Below are positions 36,603 through 44,991 of a DNA stretch of 64,000 bases, piece after piece. A model generated the notes under the pieces. The model was not told the DNA's origin and made no database searches. It worked only from the letters and a program-made list of their open reading frames with translations. Numbering within the stretch: the stretch's first letter is position 1; the number at the start of each line of letters is the position of its first letter. The position numbers were made by a program, and so were the translations under genes. Source of the DNA: Deltaproteobacteria bacterium (GTDB lineage Bacteria; Desulfobacterota; GWC2-55-46); NCBI GenBank assembly GCA_019912665.1, contig JAIOIE010000018.1:624690-688689 (forward strand), in the 5' to 3' direction.

Positions 36603-37504
36603 GCGAATTCAGACACCTTCTTATGATTAGAAAAAGGACCTTTTTCCTATTTATAAACGGGCTTTCTGTCCTTACATTAGGGATTTTGCCTTTTGGACAA
36701 AATCTGCTAGGCTTGCTTAGTAACTCCATTTTCAACCAACTCCTTACCTATATCCTCATTACTCATGCACCAGAAACGGTCTTGCTTTGTGGCGCTTATT
36801 CTGCAAGTTACAGCATTATACCCTCATGGTTGTTTACTAGAAAAGAGCGGAATCGATTAAAAAAGAAATTTATTGAGAGAATTCACAGCGAATTGCTTGA
36901 CGGAAATGCCGATACTCATAGAGTAACACTCTTTAGAGAAGTTGGTTATTTACGGGTCTTTATCAGAAATTACTGTAATTTATTTAGACATTTATTTTCC
37001 AATAACAGATGGCGTTGGAATTTATATTTACTACCTCCACAATATGGCAAATACCTAATCGTCGATGTAAGATGTGGGCGTCCTTATCAGAACAATTCGT
37101 CTACGATGTTTCGTGTCGAACCATACGAAGAAAAAGATTGTGATGGGATTGCAGGTTACATAAGATTTTCAAATTCTAAGGCCTGCATAACAGATCTGCC
37201 AGATATAAGTCAGATAGAATTTAAAAATTATAAAAATTTAGAAGAAGTCGCATATAGGCCAGATAAGAAAAAAATACGCGAGTATATGGAATATGGTTAC
37301 ATAAAAGAGTTTACAGCATTAAGAAAAATGCACAGTAGGGCTCGTCATTTTTTGGGAACTGTAATAAACAATAAGGATGGGTCACCATCAGGGGTCCTTT
37401 TAATTGATAGCGTAGCAAATAGTAATCCATTCAATTCAGAAATAGAGAAGCGATTTAACTCGTTTGCAATATCAGTATATGATATTGTCAATTGGGAGGC
37501 CTAA
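36584..37504 (+). CDS. Hypothetical membrane protein: two N-terminal TM helices plus a GAF-like cytoplasmic domain
   Basis: 306-aa ORF in the low-GC island. TM segments at about residues 19-37 and 52-84. The C-terminal part has a GAF-like pattern (RVTLFRE, GIAGYIRFSNSKACITDLPD, HFLGTVINNKDGSPSGVLLIDS). Alternative start at 36623. Confidence 0.7.
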   Translation: MKTAQRGEFRHLLMIRKRTFFLFINGLSVLTLGILPFGQNLLGLLSNSIFNQLLTYILITHAPETVLLCGAYSASYSIIPSWLFTRKERNRLKKKFIERIHSELLDGNADTHRVTLFREVGYLRVFIRNYCNLFRHLFSNNRWRWNLYLLPPQYGKYLIVDVRCGRPYQNNSSTMFRVEPYEEKDCDGIAGYIRFSNSKACITDLPDISQIEFKNYKNLEEVAYRPDKKKIREYMEYGYIKEFTALRKMHSRARHFLGTVINNKDGSPSGVLLIDSVANSNPFNSEIEKRFNSFAISVYDIVNWEA

Positions 37505-37954
37505 ATGAGCACTAATAGAGCAATCGTTGTAAATAAGGAACTTTATAATAAGCCCATAGCGGACCTTCATAAAACACGTGTTAGAATTAAGCTTTATCTT
37601 CCACCAAGCGATATTCCTAAGACGATATCGCCTAATTACAATAAAAACGAAGACAGGTTGACTATCACATTCGACTATATCGACTCCGAGAAAGAAAAAG
37701 AACTTTTGAATAGAGATGGCATCAAATTGATTGTGGGCGTTTATAGTGGGAAGCCCCTTAGAATTGAGATAAGTAATATTAAAAAAGAACGCATTGACAA
37801 TGTAAAACTCACAAACATAATAGAGAGCGAGATTGGCAAACTAATCGATTCAAAAAAATCTGAACTTGAAGGTGCCAGGGAAAAAGCCAATTTAAGCTTT
37901 GCTGAAGAGCTTTTAAAGAGCAATGCTGGCATCTTGGCTCAAGCAACTCTCTAA
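37505..37954 (+). CDS. Hypothetical 149-aa protein, operon partner of the 2TM-GAF-like gene
   Basis: The ATG abuts the upstream stop (TAAATG) and shares the same low GC. A beta-rich N-terminal half (RLTITFDYID..GIKLIVGVYSGKPLRIEISNI) is followed by a helical Lys/Glu-rich C-terminus. Confidence 0.7.
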   Translation: MSTNRAIVVNKELYNKPIADLHKTRVRIKLYLPPSDIPKTISPNYNKNEDRLTITFDYIDSEKEKELLNRDGIKLIVGVYSGKPLRIEISNIKKERIDNVKLTNIIESEIGKLIDSKKSELEGAREKANLSFAEELLKSNAGILAQATL

Positions 37955-38017
37955 TCAGAGCCCCTTGTGGGAAGCAAGAACGATTCTAACTCTCAATGTA
38001 CTGGTTTCATACCGTAT

Positions 38018-38054
38018 TTTTTTAGAAAAAGAATAAGGGTGCGCGGGCGCACCC
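38018..38054 (-). terminator. Rho-independent terminator after the dienelactone hydrolase gene
   Basis: GGGTGCGC-gg-GCGCACCC hairpin, followed on the minus strand by ttattctttttct. Confidence 0.6.
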
Positions 38055-38091
38055 TTCGAGCTTAGAAACAAGTTTCTCGACTCTCAACCCC

Positions 38092-38877
38092 CTACCTCCC
38101 CCCGAACGCCTCCTTCAAGAAATCCTTCATCGCCTCCCAGGAGCGTTTGTCGGCCTTTTCGTTGTAGGCGAGGCCGTCGGAGGGGTCCGTGTCGTTATTC
38201 GGGTTCGAGAAGCCGTGCACCGCGCCGCCATAGCTTGTGAAAACCCAGTCGGCCCCCGCGTTCCGCATCTCGTCCTTGAAGGCCCGCACCTCTTCCGGCT
38301 TCACATTCGGGTCTTCCGCGCCGTGGAGCGCCAGCACGCTCCCCTTTATGTCGCCGGGCTTTGCCTTACTTTTAGTGGCAAGAGTGCCGTGGAAGGAGAC
38401 GGTGCCGGAAACCGGCGCGCCGCTTCTGGCAAGCTCAAGGGCCGCGCCGCCGCCGAAGCAATACCCGATGGCGGCTATCCGTGAAGTGTCCACGAGCTCA
38501 ATTTCCCTCAGGGCCTCAAGCCCGGCCGTCGCGCGGGAGCGCATGAGGGCGTTATCTGCCCGTAGCTTCCCGGCGGCCTCCCCGGCCGCCTTGGGATCGG
38601 TCGGGCGCACGCCCTTCCCGTACATATCAGGCGCGAAGGCCACATAGCCGAGCCTAGCGAGCTCATCCGCGCGGCCTCTTATATAGTCGTTTATCCCCCA
38701 CCATTCGTGAAAAACGAGCACGCCGGGCCTCGGGCCGCTCACCTCGTCGTCATAGACGAGATAGCCCTCAAGGACGGTATCGTTGGCGTTGTATTCGATC
38801 GTCTCGCCCACCAACTTCGCGTGCGCATTGACGGAAAAGAGGAGCAGGACTGCCGCGACCGCAATAAGGGTCTTCAT
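38092..38877 (-). CDS. Dienelactone hydrolase family protein, secreted
   Basis: Signal peptide. GVLVFHEWWGINDYIRGRADELARLGYVAFAPDMYG, a GYCFGG nucleophile elbow, and a C-terminal His region. Confidence 0.85.
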   Translation of the reverse strand: MKTLIAVAAVLLLFSVNAHAKLVGETIEYNANDTVLEGYLVYDDEVSGPRPGVLVFHEWWGINDYIRGRADELARLGYVAFAPDMYGKGVRPTDPKAAGEAAGKLRADNALMRSRATAGLEALREIELVDTSRIAAIGYCFGGGAALELARSGAPVSGTVSFHGTLATKSKAKPGDIKGSVLALHGAEDPNVKPEEVRAFKDEMRNAGADWVFTSYGGAVHGFSNPNNDTDPSDGLAYNEKADKRSWEAMKDFLKEAFGGR

Positions 38878-39056
38878 CGTGACCTCCTTGAAGGCCGGCC
38901 CATCAGGGCACAGTGTGTTTTATCATCGGGCGTTCAGCCTTTTCGCCTGTCATTAGGAGTATACAATATTTTTTGAAAGGGGCAGGGACTTCGAACCGGG
39001 CAGGGCCTTGGGCGAGCAAAAAAGGGGCAACGAGTTCCCGTAGCCCCTTTAACTTT

Positions 39057-39098
39057 TGTGGGCCGCATAGGCGTCAACCTGCGACCCGCTGATTAAAG
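39057..39098 (-). pseudogene. Degenerate copy of the 3' half of a tRNA-Lys gene (acceptor 3' strand, T arm, up to the anticodon loop)
   Basis: tgtgggccgcataggcgtcaacctgcgacccgctgattaa aligns with 40095-40136 of tRNA-Lys, with about 36 of 43 positions identical by eye. The T stem no longer pairs. A terminator-like hairpin follows at 39024-39056, as downstream of the intact tRNA. Confidence 0.65.
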
Positions 39099-39251
39099 GG
39101 TATCCCTCGGAAAAACTTTTCTTTTGCTTCTGTTTGCTTTCATTTGCTCCCGCCTACCTTCTATGGCCTTTTTAGCGGACAGCAGGCTTTTGCCCCCTTT
39201 AAGGAGTTTTTTCTTTCGGGCATACAAAAACCATAGGCCCGCGACGACCTC

Positions 39252-39929
39252 CTAACTTCGAATCACACCATTCCGCGGGGCACTGCCGGGAGTTCCCTCA
39301 TCGTTATGGTAGTCCCTGAAATAAACCACCAATGTCCAGAGGATGACCAGGGGGATACCCAACTCCAAAGATTCCTCGAGGTAGGTGACATAGGCCGACC
39401 AGGCATCCGGCAGATATACTCCCAGAGACCTGAGCTTTCGCTGGAAACCGTCAAGGGTTTTCACCAGAGCTGCCAGCAGGAAACCAGCTATAGACAACAT
39501 GTAAATCCTGCCATGAGCGGCAAAGCCCCGGCGGAAACGGATAAGGTGCTGCTTCAAAATCATCACGGCAATCCACGCCAGTATCATCAGCACCAGGCTC
39601 CCCAATAACTTTTCCGCCAAAGGGGTATGCCCCGTATAAAACTCGAGCTTCATCAAGCCGACTGATGTGAATCTCCTGTTGAAATCCAACTCTCTCAATG
39701 CGCAAAAAACAAACAGGGCAATAAAGTAAGGTCGGGTACGGACGAACCGAACACCCCCTTTGAAAAAGGCGTAAGCCGCCGCCAGGCCGTATCCCAGCGC
39801 CGACAAGCTCTCGATCAGATTATTTTCCCTGAATAATGCGGTCGATCCAGGCTGGAGATAAGGCAAGAACGAAACTCCAAACAGGATCAGCACCAGAAAA
39901 AGACAAAACAGGATGTCTTTGCGTTGCAT
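39252..39929 (-). CDS. Hypothetical polytopic membrane protein
   Basis: 225 aa with about 6 hydrophobic helices and no recognised motif. GC is visibly lower than the neighbours. Lies between the tRNA-Lys gene and its partial copy. Confidence 0.6.
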   Translation of the reverse strand: MQRKDILFCLFLVLILFGVSFLPYLQPGSTALFRENNLIESLSALGYGLAAAYAFFKGGVRFVRTRPYFIALFVFCALRELDFNRRFTSVGLMKLEFYTGHTPLAEKLLGSLVLMILAWIAVMILKQHLIRFRRGFAAHGRIYMLSIAGFLLAALVKTLDGFQRKLRSLGVYLPDAWSAYVTYLEESLELGIPLVILWTLVVYFRDYHNDEGTPGSAPRNGVIRS

Positions 39930-40037
39930 GGCAAGAAGCAGCCTCCGCGGGTGAGGGTTTCTCCGCTGACAGGACAGTAAAGCCGTTAAAGTGCTTCAGA
40001 ACCATGACCGAAGATCAACTATACAGAAACTATACAG

Positions 40038-40084
40038 CAAAAAAGAAAAAGGGGTTGCAGGATTTGAAAAAATCCTGCAACCCC
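40038..40084 (-). terminator. Rho-independent terminator downstream of tRNA-Lys
   Basis: GGGGTTGCAGGATT-loop-AATCCTGCAACCCC, followed on the minus strand by tttttctttttt. Confidence 0.75.
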
Positions 40085-40093
40085 TTCCTGATT

Positions 40094-40169
<76 letters not shown>

Positions 40170-40234
40170 AAGAAGAAATCTATTTGAAAGTCAGCGCCTG
40201 TATTGCGTTTTTCCTTCCCGGCCCGCCCTGAATC

Positions 40235-40310
40235 TGGCGCGCCTGAGAGGATTTGAACCTCCGACCCTCGGCTTCGGAGGCCGATGCTCTATCCACTGAG
40301 CTACAGGCGC
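40235..40310 (-). tRNA. tRNA-Arg (anticodon CCG), CCA encoded
   Basis: Manual cloverleaf: acceptor GCGCCTG/CAGGCGC, D stem GCTC/GAGC, anticodon stem TCGGC/GCCGA with loop CTCCGAA, and T arm GGAGG-TTCAAAT-CCTCT. 76 nt. Confidence 0.93.
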
Positions 40311-40608
40311 GTAAAACCGAATCTTTTCAGGTTACAAAAAAGGCAGCCCTTTGTCAAGGCAAAATCCATATCCTTTAAAAACGGGCCTGGCCGGGTCTTT
40401 ACGCCAGGAGCGGCCCGCGGCCATTATTCCTTTGCCCGGCGCTCACTTCCGAAGCATCGGTTGAACTCCATTAAGCCCAAAAACAGGGCGGCTTGTCAAG
40501 CCATTCAAGAAAAAGCCCTCAAAACGGCTTTATTTTTTACGGGATTTTGCTAATATGGTTGTTAAGCCCGCCTCGCGGCGGGATTCAAGACGAAAGGGCT
40601 TTAAACGG

Positions 40609-40977
40609 ATGACCGAAAAGAAATACGGCGCAAAGGCCATAGAGGAAGCGAAGCTCGAAGCCTGGGACAACACGAGCCCGGACAGGGACTATACGATAGA
40701 GATAAGCTACTCCGAGTTCACCTGCGTGTGCCCGCGCTCGGGATACCCGGACTTCGCAACGATACGCGTCTCCTATGTGCCTGACACGAAGGTCGTGGAG
40801 CTTAAGTCGCTCAAGCTCTACCTCAACGCCTTCCGCGACAGGGCCATCTCACACGAGGCCGCAACCAACCTCATCTTCGACGACCTGAAAAAACTACTCT
40901 CGCCGAGGAAGCTCGACGTTGTTGCGGACTTCAATGTGCGCGGGAATGTGAAAACTGTCATTAAAGTGAGCCTTTAA
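40609..40977 (+). CDS. queF: NADPH-dependent 7-cyano-7-deazaguanine (preQ0) reductase, type I
   Basis: [17 protein letters not shown] (catalytic Cys) and the [15 protein letters not shown] QueF motif. Start set at ATG 40609 (122 aa); ATG 40555 is possible. Confidence 0.88.
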   Translation: MTEKKYGAKAIEEAKLEAWDNTSPDRDYTIEISYSEFTCVCPRSGYPDFATIRVSYVPDTKVVELKSLKLYLNAFRDRAISHEAATNLIFDDLKKLLSPRKLDVVADFNVRGNVKTVIKVSL

Positions 40978-40981
40978 ACAT

Positions 40982-42106
40982 TCACGCGGTCCGCTCGCCC
41001 CTCTTTCTTTTTCCTCTCTCCTTCGCCCCGGTCTTTCCGAGCGCCTCTCTCAGTGAATCGACAAGGAGGCGGTTACTATCCCTTCCGAGCACAGCCACCC
41101 TGAAGAACTCCGGGCCGAGCCCGGTAAAGGCGCTCAGGTCGCGTATGAGTATCCCGTCTTGAAGAAGCCTGGAAGCGAGCGCCCTGGCATCGAGGCGCGG
41201 CTTAGATATCCTTACCATCAGGTAATTCGCCGACGACGGAAAAGGCGTAAGCCCCTTTACTGATGCTATGCCTTCCGATAGCGCGTCCCTCTCCGTTGAA
41301 AGCCATTTTGCCGTCCGCTTCCTGTACTGAGCGTCCGCAAGGCAGGCGGCCCCTGCAATGGACGAGAGCGTATTAACGGACCACGGCGGCTTAAGCCTTT
41401 CGAGCCTTGAAAGAAGCCTCCTGTCAGCCGCCGCGTACCCGAGCCTCAGGCCCGCAAGCGCGTGGAATTTGGTCATGGAACGGAGCACTATAGCGTTGCC
41501 CGCCCTTATTGCCTCCCGCATGACACTACCGCCTGAGAAGTCTATGAAGGCCTCGTCAAGCACCGCCAGTGCGCCGCTTAAGCGAGCGAGTTTTAAGAAC
41601 GCGAGCGTCTCCTCTTCGGAATAGAGTACGCCGGTCGGGTTTGCGGGGTTTGCCATGAAGACGAGGCCGAAGCCCTTTGAGAGCCTTTTCCCGAGCTTTT
41701 TAAGGTCGAGCCTGAAACCGTCGTTTTTATCCAGGACAAAGCTCTCGGCCTCCCATCCCGCAAGGGCAAGGGCCTTTTTGTATTCGCTGAAGGCGGGCTC
41801 CATGATGAGCGCCCTGCCGGGCCTCATGAGCCTGGGGATCATATAGATAAGCTCTGTCGAGCCGTTCGCCGGAAGGATGCTGTCCGCGGATATGCCGTGA
41901 TGAAATGCGAGCGCCTCCTTGAGGGCGCTCGCAGAAGGGTCGGGGTACGGGGGTATGAACCTGAGCCCTTCCTCTATCGCCTTTATTGCCGAAGCTGGCG
42001 GGCCCAGCGGGTTTATGCTCGCGCTGAAATCGATTATCCCCTCAAGCGGCTTCGAGACTTGTTTAGCCGCCTTCCAGATGTCTCCCCCGTGTATGTCCTT
42101 GACCAA
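40982..42106 (-). CDS. cobD: Threonine-phosphate decarboxylase (class I/II aminotransferase fold, cobalamin pathway)
   Basis: HGGDIW..IDFSASINPLGPP N-terminus as in CobD. The PLP Lys region is SMTKFHALAGLRLGY. Same strand as cbiB/cobQ. TTG start. Confidence 0.78.
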   Translation of the reverse strand: MVKDIHGGDIWKAAKQVSKPLEGIIDFSASINPLGPPASAIKAIEEGLRFIPPYPDPSASALKEALAFHHGISADSILPANGSTELIYMIPRLMRPGRALIMEPAFSEYKKALALAGWEAESFVLDKNDGFRLDLKKLGKRLSKGFGLVFMANPANPTGVLYSEEETLAFLKLARLSGALAVLDEAFIDFSGGSVMREAIRAGNAIVLRSMTKFHALAGLRLGYAAADRRLLSRLERLKPPWSVNTLSSIAGAACLADAQYRKRTAKWLSTERDALSEGIASVKGLTPFPSSANYLMVRISKPRLDARALASRLLQDGILIRDLSAFTGLGPEFFRVAVLGRDSNRLLVDSLREALGKTGAKERGKRKRGERTA

Positions 42107-42135
42107 CGACCAGACCCCAAGAATGGAATAATGCC

Positions 42136-42840
42136 TTATACCAGCAATGCCCTGGCATCCAATGCCAGGGCCCCTCTCTCATACACCACAAGTGGGTTTA
42201 TCTCAAGCTCTTTTATGGCGCTCACCTCGTCCATTATCCTCCCGACCTTCATTATAACGTCGGTTATGGCGTCCAGGTCCTTGTGGCTTCCGCCCCTGAA
42301 GCCCGTAAGGAGCGGAAAGCTCTTTACCTCGGATATCATCTCAAAAGCCTCCTCCCTCGAAACCGGGGCGAGCCTGAAGGAGACGTCCTTAAGAAGCTCT
42401 ACTGCCACCCCTCCGAGGCCGAACATCACGGCAGGGCCGAACTGCGCATCCCTTATACCGCCGACTATGACCTCTGTCCCCTTGCCCGCCATCTCCTCGA
42501 TTAGAAAGCCCTCTATAATAGAGGCCGGGGCCTCATCCGCCGCGCCGAGTATCATCCGCGACCAGCTCGCCTCAAGCTCCCCGGCATCTTTTATGCCCAG
42601 GGCTACCCCGCCTATGTCGCTCTTATGCAATATGTCCGGCGAGACCAGCTTAAGCGCGACCGGATAGCCTATCCCGGAAGCGGCCTCGATAGCACCGGCC
42701 ATGTCCTTCACCACCCTGTGCCTGGGGACCGGGATGGATGCGAGGCTTATGACAGCCTTTGCCTCAGGCTCGATGAGCGCCCTTCTCCCCAGGCTCAAGG
42801 CCTCTTTTACTATCTTCTCTATCGCGGCCCTCCCGGCCAT
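42136..42840 (-). CDS. NDP-forming acyl-CoA synthetase, ATP-grasp (beta) subunit
   Basis: ATP-grasp fold motifs (YPVALKLVSPDILHKSDIGGV, IEEMA..GTEVIVG) and a C-terminal ELEINPL. Confidence 0.8.
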   Translation of the reverse strand: MAGRAAIEKIVKEALSLGRRALIEPEAKAVISLASIPVPRHRVVKDMAGAIEAASGIGYPVALKLVSPDILHKSDIGGVALGIKDAGELEASWSRMILGAADEAPASIIEGFLIEEMAGKGTEVIVGGIRDAQFGPAVMFGLGGVAVELLKDVSFRLAPVSREEAFEMISEVKSFPLLTGFRGGSHKDLDAITDVIMKVGRIMDEVSAIKELEINPLVVYERGALALDARALLV

Positions 42841-42841
42841 T

Positions 42842-44209
42842 CTATTTCCCCCTCGCGAGGATGGCCGCTGCGCGCACCGCGCCCTCTGGTGTCGTGAATA
42901 CCGGGAGGCCCGCTTCCCTGAATAGCCTGAGACGCGACCGCGAATACTCCCCCCCCGGCGTGCAGATGATAATGGGCTTTTCGGAAAACCCCGGCTTCTG
43001 GACCAGCATGCCAGGTAGTCTATCGGTTAGGGCTGGCGGGCCCCAGAGCGCGGCTACTATGGCGATGTCGTAATGCCCTCCCGCCATCGTCTTCTGGACC
43101 GAGAGGGCAAAGGACTCGTCTGTTGCGCTCCCTGTAAGGTCAAGGGGATTGGAAATGGAAAAATAGGGCGGGAAAACGGCCTTGAGCTCTTTTTCAAGTG
43201 CTGCTGGAAGCGGCGCGGCATCGAGCCCGATCGCGTGGCAGGCGTCTGCGATGCCCACGCCCATGCCGCCGCCGTCGGTTATTATCATTACACGTCTGCC
43301 AGAAGCCCTCCCCTGAAGCCCGAATGCCTTGCAGGCGGCCTGGAATTCCTCGTAGCCGTTAAGCTCCGCTACACCCGCCTTTTTGAAGGCGGCCCTGTAT
43401 ATCTCGTACCTCCCGGCGATCGCGCCGGTGTGGGAGCGGGCCGCGACAGCGCCCGCGCCGAACTTCCCGACCTTGACGGCCATGACCGGTTTTTCCGAGG
43501 AACACTTTGAGGCGGCCTCGACAAACCTCCTGCCGTCGGCGACGGATTCCATGTATACGACTACGGCCTTCGTCTCCGGGTCGGATGCCAGGAACTCGAG
43601 GCAGTCGGACTCGTTAACGTCAATAGCGTTCCCGTAGCTTACTATTCTGGCAACGCCGATGCCTTCTGCCGCAAGCTCGTCCATGGCGGTCGCGGCGAAC
43701 GAGCCGCTCTGTGAGAGTATGGAAAGCCCTCCCCTCCCCGGCCTTCCGGCCCTGTCAGTGGGTATGAAGAAGGTATCGACCTTCGAAACAGCGTCGTAGA
43801 TGCCGAGGCAGTTTGGCCCGATTACGCGCACCCCGGTCTTACGCGCTATCTCCAGGACCTCCTTTTCGAGGACCTTTCCAGTTTCACCGGCCTCCCCGAA
43901 GCCGCCGCTCACGATTATCGCGCCCCGGACTTTCCCTTCAGCGCGCTTTAATGCGTCGGGGACGGCAGCGGCCGGTATGGCGAAGACCGCAAGGTCTATC
44001 ACCTCGCTCGACTCTTCGAGGGAAGGCAGGCACTCAAGCCCCATGACAGAGGCCTGCCCGGGATTGACGGGGATTATCCTTCGCCCGTAGCCCGCGCCTA
44101 TGAGGCTCCTGAGTATGATATTCGAGATCTTCCCCGGCTCGGGCGAAGCGCCGACCACGGCAACCGAGCCCGGGTTGAAGAAGAACGATATGTCCCCGCC
44201 ATTCGGCAT
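42842..44209 (-). CDS. NDP-forming acyl-CoA synthetase, CoA-binding/ligase (alpha) subunit
   Basis: FFNPGSVAVVGASPEPGKI (CoA-binding), VIGPNCLG, and the SQSGS and GAIAG regions, as in ADP-forming acetyl-CoA synthetase. Confidence 0.82.
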   Translation of the reverse strand: MPNGGDISFFFNPGSVAVVGASPEPGKISNIILRSLIGAGYGRRIIPVNPGQASVMGLECLPSLEESSEVIDLAVFAIPAAAVPDALKRAEGKVRGAIIVSGGFGEAGETGKVLEKEVLEIARKTGVRVIGPNCLGIYDAVSKVDTFFIPTDRAGRPGRGGLSILSQSGSFAATAMDELAAEGIGVARIVSYGNAIDVNESDCLEFLASDPETKAVVVYMESVADGRRFVEAASKCSSEKPVMAVKVGKFGAGAVAARSHTGAIAGRYEIYRAAFKKAGVAELNGYEEFQAACKAFGLQGRASGRRVMIITDGGGMGVGIADACHAIGLDAAPLPAALEKELKAVFPPYFSISNPLDLTGSATDESFALSVQKTMAGGHYDIAIVAALWGPPALTDRLPGMLVQKPGFSEKPIIICTPGGEYSRSRLRLFREAGLPVFTTPEGAVRAAAILARGK

Positions 44210-44227
44210 CCGGACGGCCTGCCCCCT

Positions 44228-44434
44228 CTACTGGTCGAGCTTAAAGGCTACTTTTACGACAGCCTGGAACTCGGCTATCTTGCCTTCCGCGATCCTGCCG
44301 TGCTGCTCGACGACCTCGAACCACGCAAGCCCGTGAAGGGTCTTGGAGGCCTTCTCTATAGCGGTCGAAACTGCGTCCTCGAAGCTTTTGGACGAGATGC
44401 CGACTATCTCTATCTTTTTATAGATCTTGTCCAT
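44228..44434 (-). CDS. Dodecin family flavin-binding protein
   Basis: 68 aa. YKKIEIVGISSKSFEDAVSTAIEKASKTL..WFEVVE..VKVAFKL matches the dodecin pattern. Confidence 0.85.
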   Translation of the reverse strand: MDKIYKKIEIVGISSKSFEDAVSTAIEKASKTLHGLAWFEVVEQHGRIAEGKIAEFQAVVKVAFKLDQ

Positions 44435-44477
44435 GTCGCCTCCCTTTGTTTTTTTCTGGCGCCTTGAAGGATACTTC

Positions 44478-44948
44478 TTATAATCTGAGATTCCTCGAGA
44501 CGAGAAATACCAGGACGATTCCGGCGACCATGACCACCAGGTTCAGGGCGAAGCTCGTCCTGTGGACGCCCCTGAACTCGCTCCGTAGCTCTTCGAGCCT
44601 CTGCGGGTCCTCCACTACTTTCATCTGGGCCTTTATGGTCTGCGCCTCCTGGGCCACCACGAGCCCCGAATAAAAGGTGAGCGCGGTCATAAGCGCCAGG
44701 ATAAGAACCCTGGCCATGGGAAAGACCTTCTCGATAAATGACATGGCGATGAGCGAGGCAAGCGAGAGTATGGCCGCGACATAGCCTATGCCCCAGTATT
44801 TGGGGAATATGTGAGAGACCACATCCCCCGCGAGCTCCCTCGGTAGGGACTTGAATATGCTCGGGGTTACGAAGAGTGTATAAAAGATTATCATCCCCAC
44901 CCATGTCACGATGCTCATGAGGAAGATGAACCTGAGCGCGTTAAGCAT
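44478..44948 (-). CDS. DUF4149 (TMEM205-like) membrane protein
   Basis: 4 TM helices and FVTPSIFKSLPRELAGDVVSHIFPKYW. AGGAGG RBS before ATG 44948; an upstream TTG at 44981 is less likely. Confidence 0.72.
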   Translation of the reverse strand: MLNALRFIFLMSIVTWVGMIIFYTLFVTPSIFKSLPRELAGDVVSHIFPKYWGIGYVAAILSLASLIAMSFIEKVFPMARVLILALMTALTFYSGLVVAQEAQTIKAQMKVVEDPQRLEELRSEFRGVHRTSFALNLVVMVAGIVLVFLVSRNLRL

Positions 44949-44991
44949 CGGCCTCCTCTTTACGCCCGGGATACGTTTCAATGGGCGGCGT

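Noticed and set aside
40284-40553. 89-aa ORF starting inside tRNA-Arg.
   Set aside because: It overlaps a perfectly folding tRNA gene and continues through a promoter-like AT-rich spacer. No coding signal.
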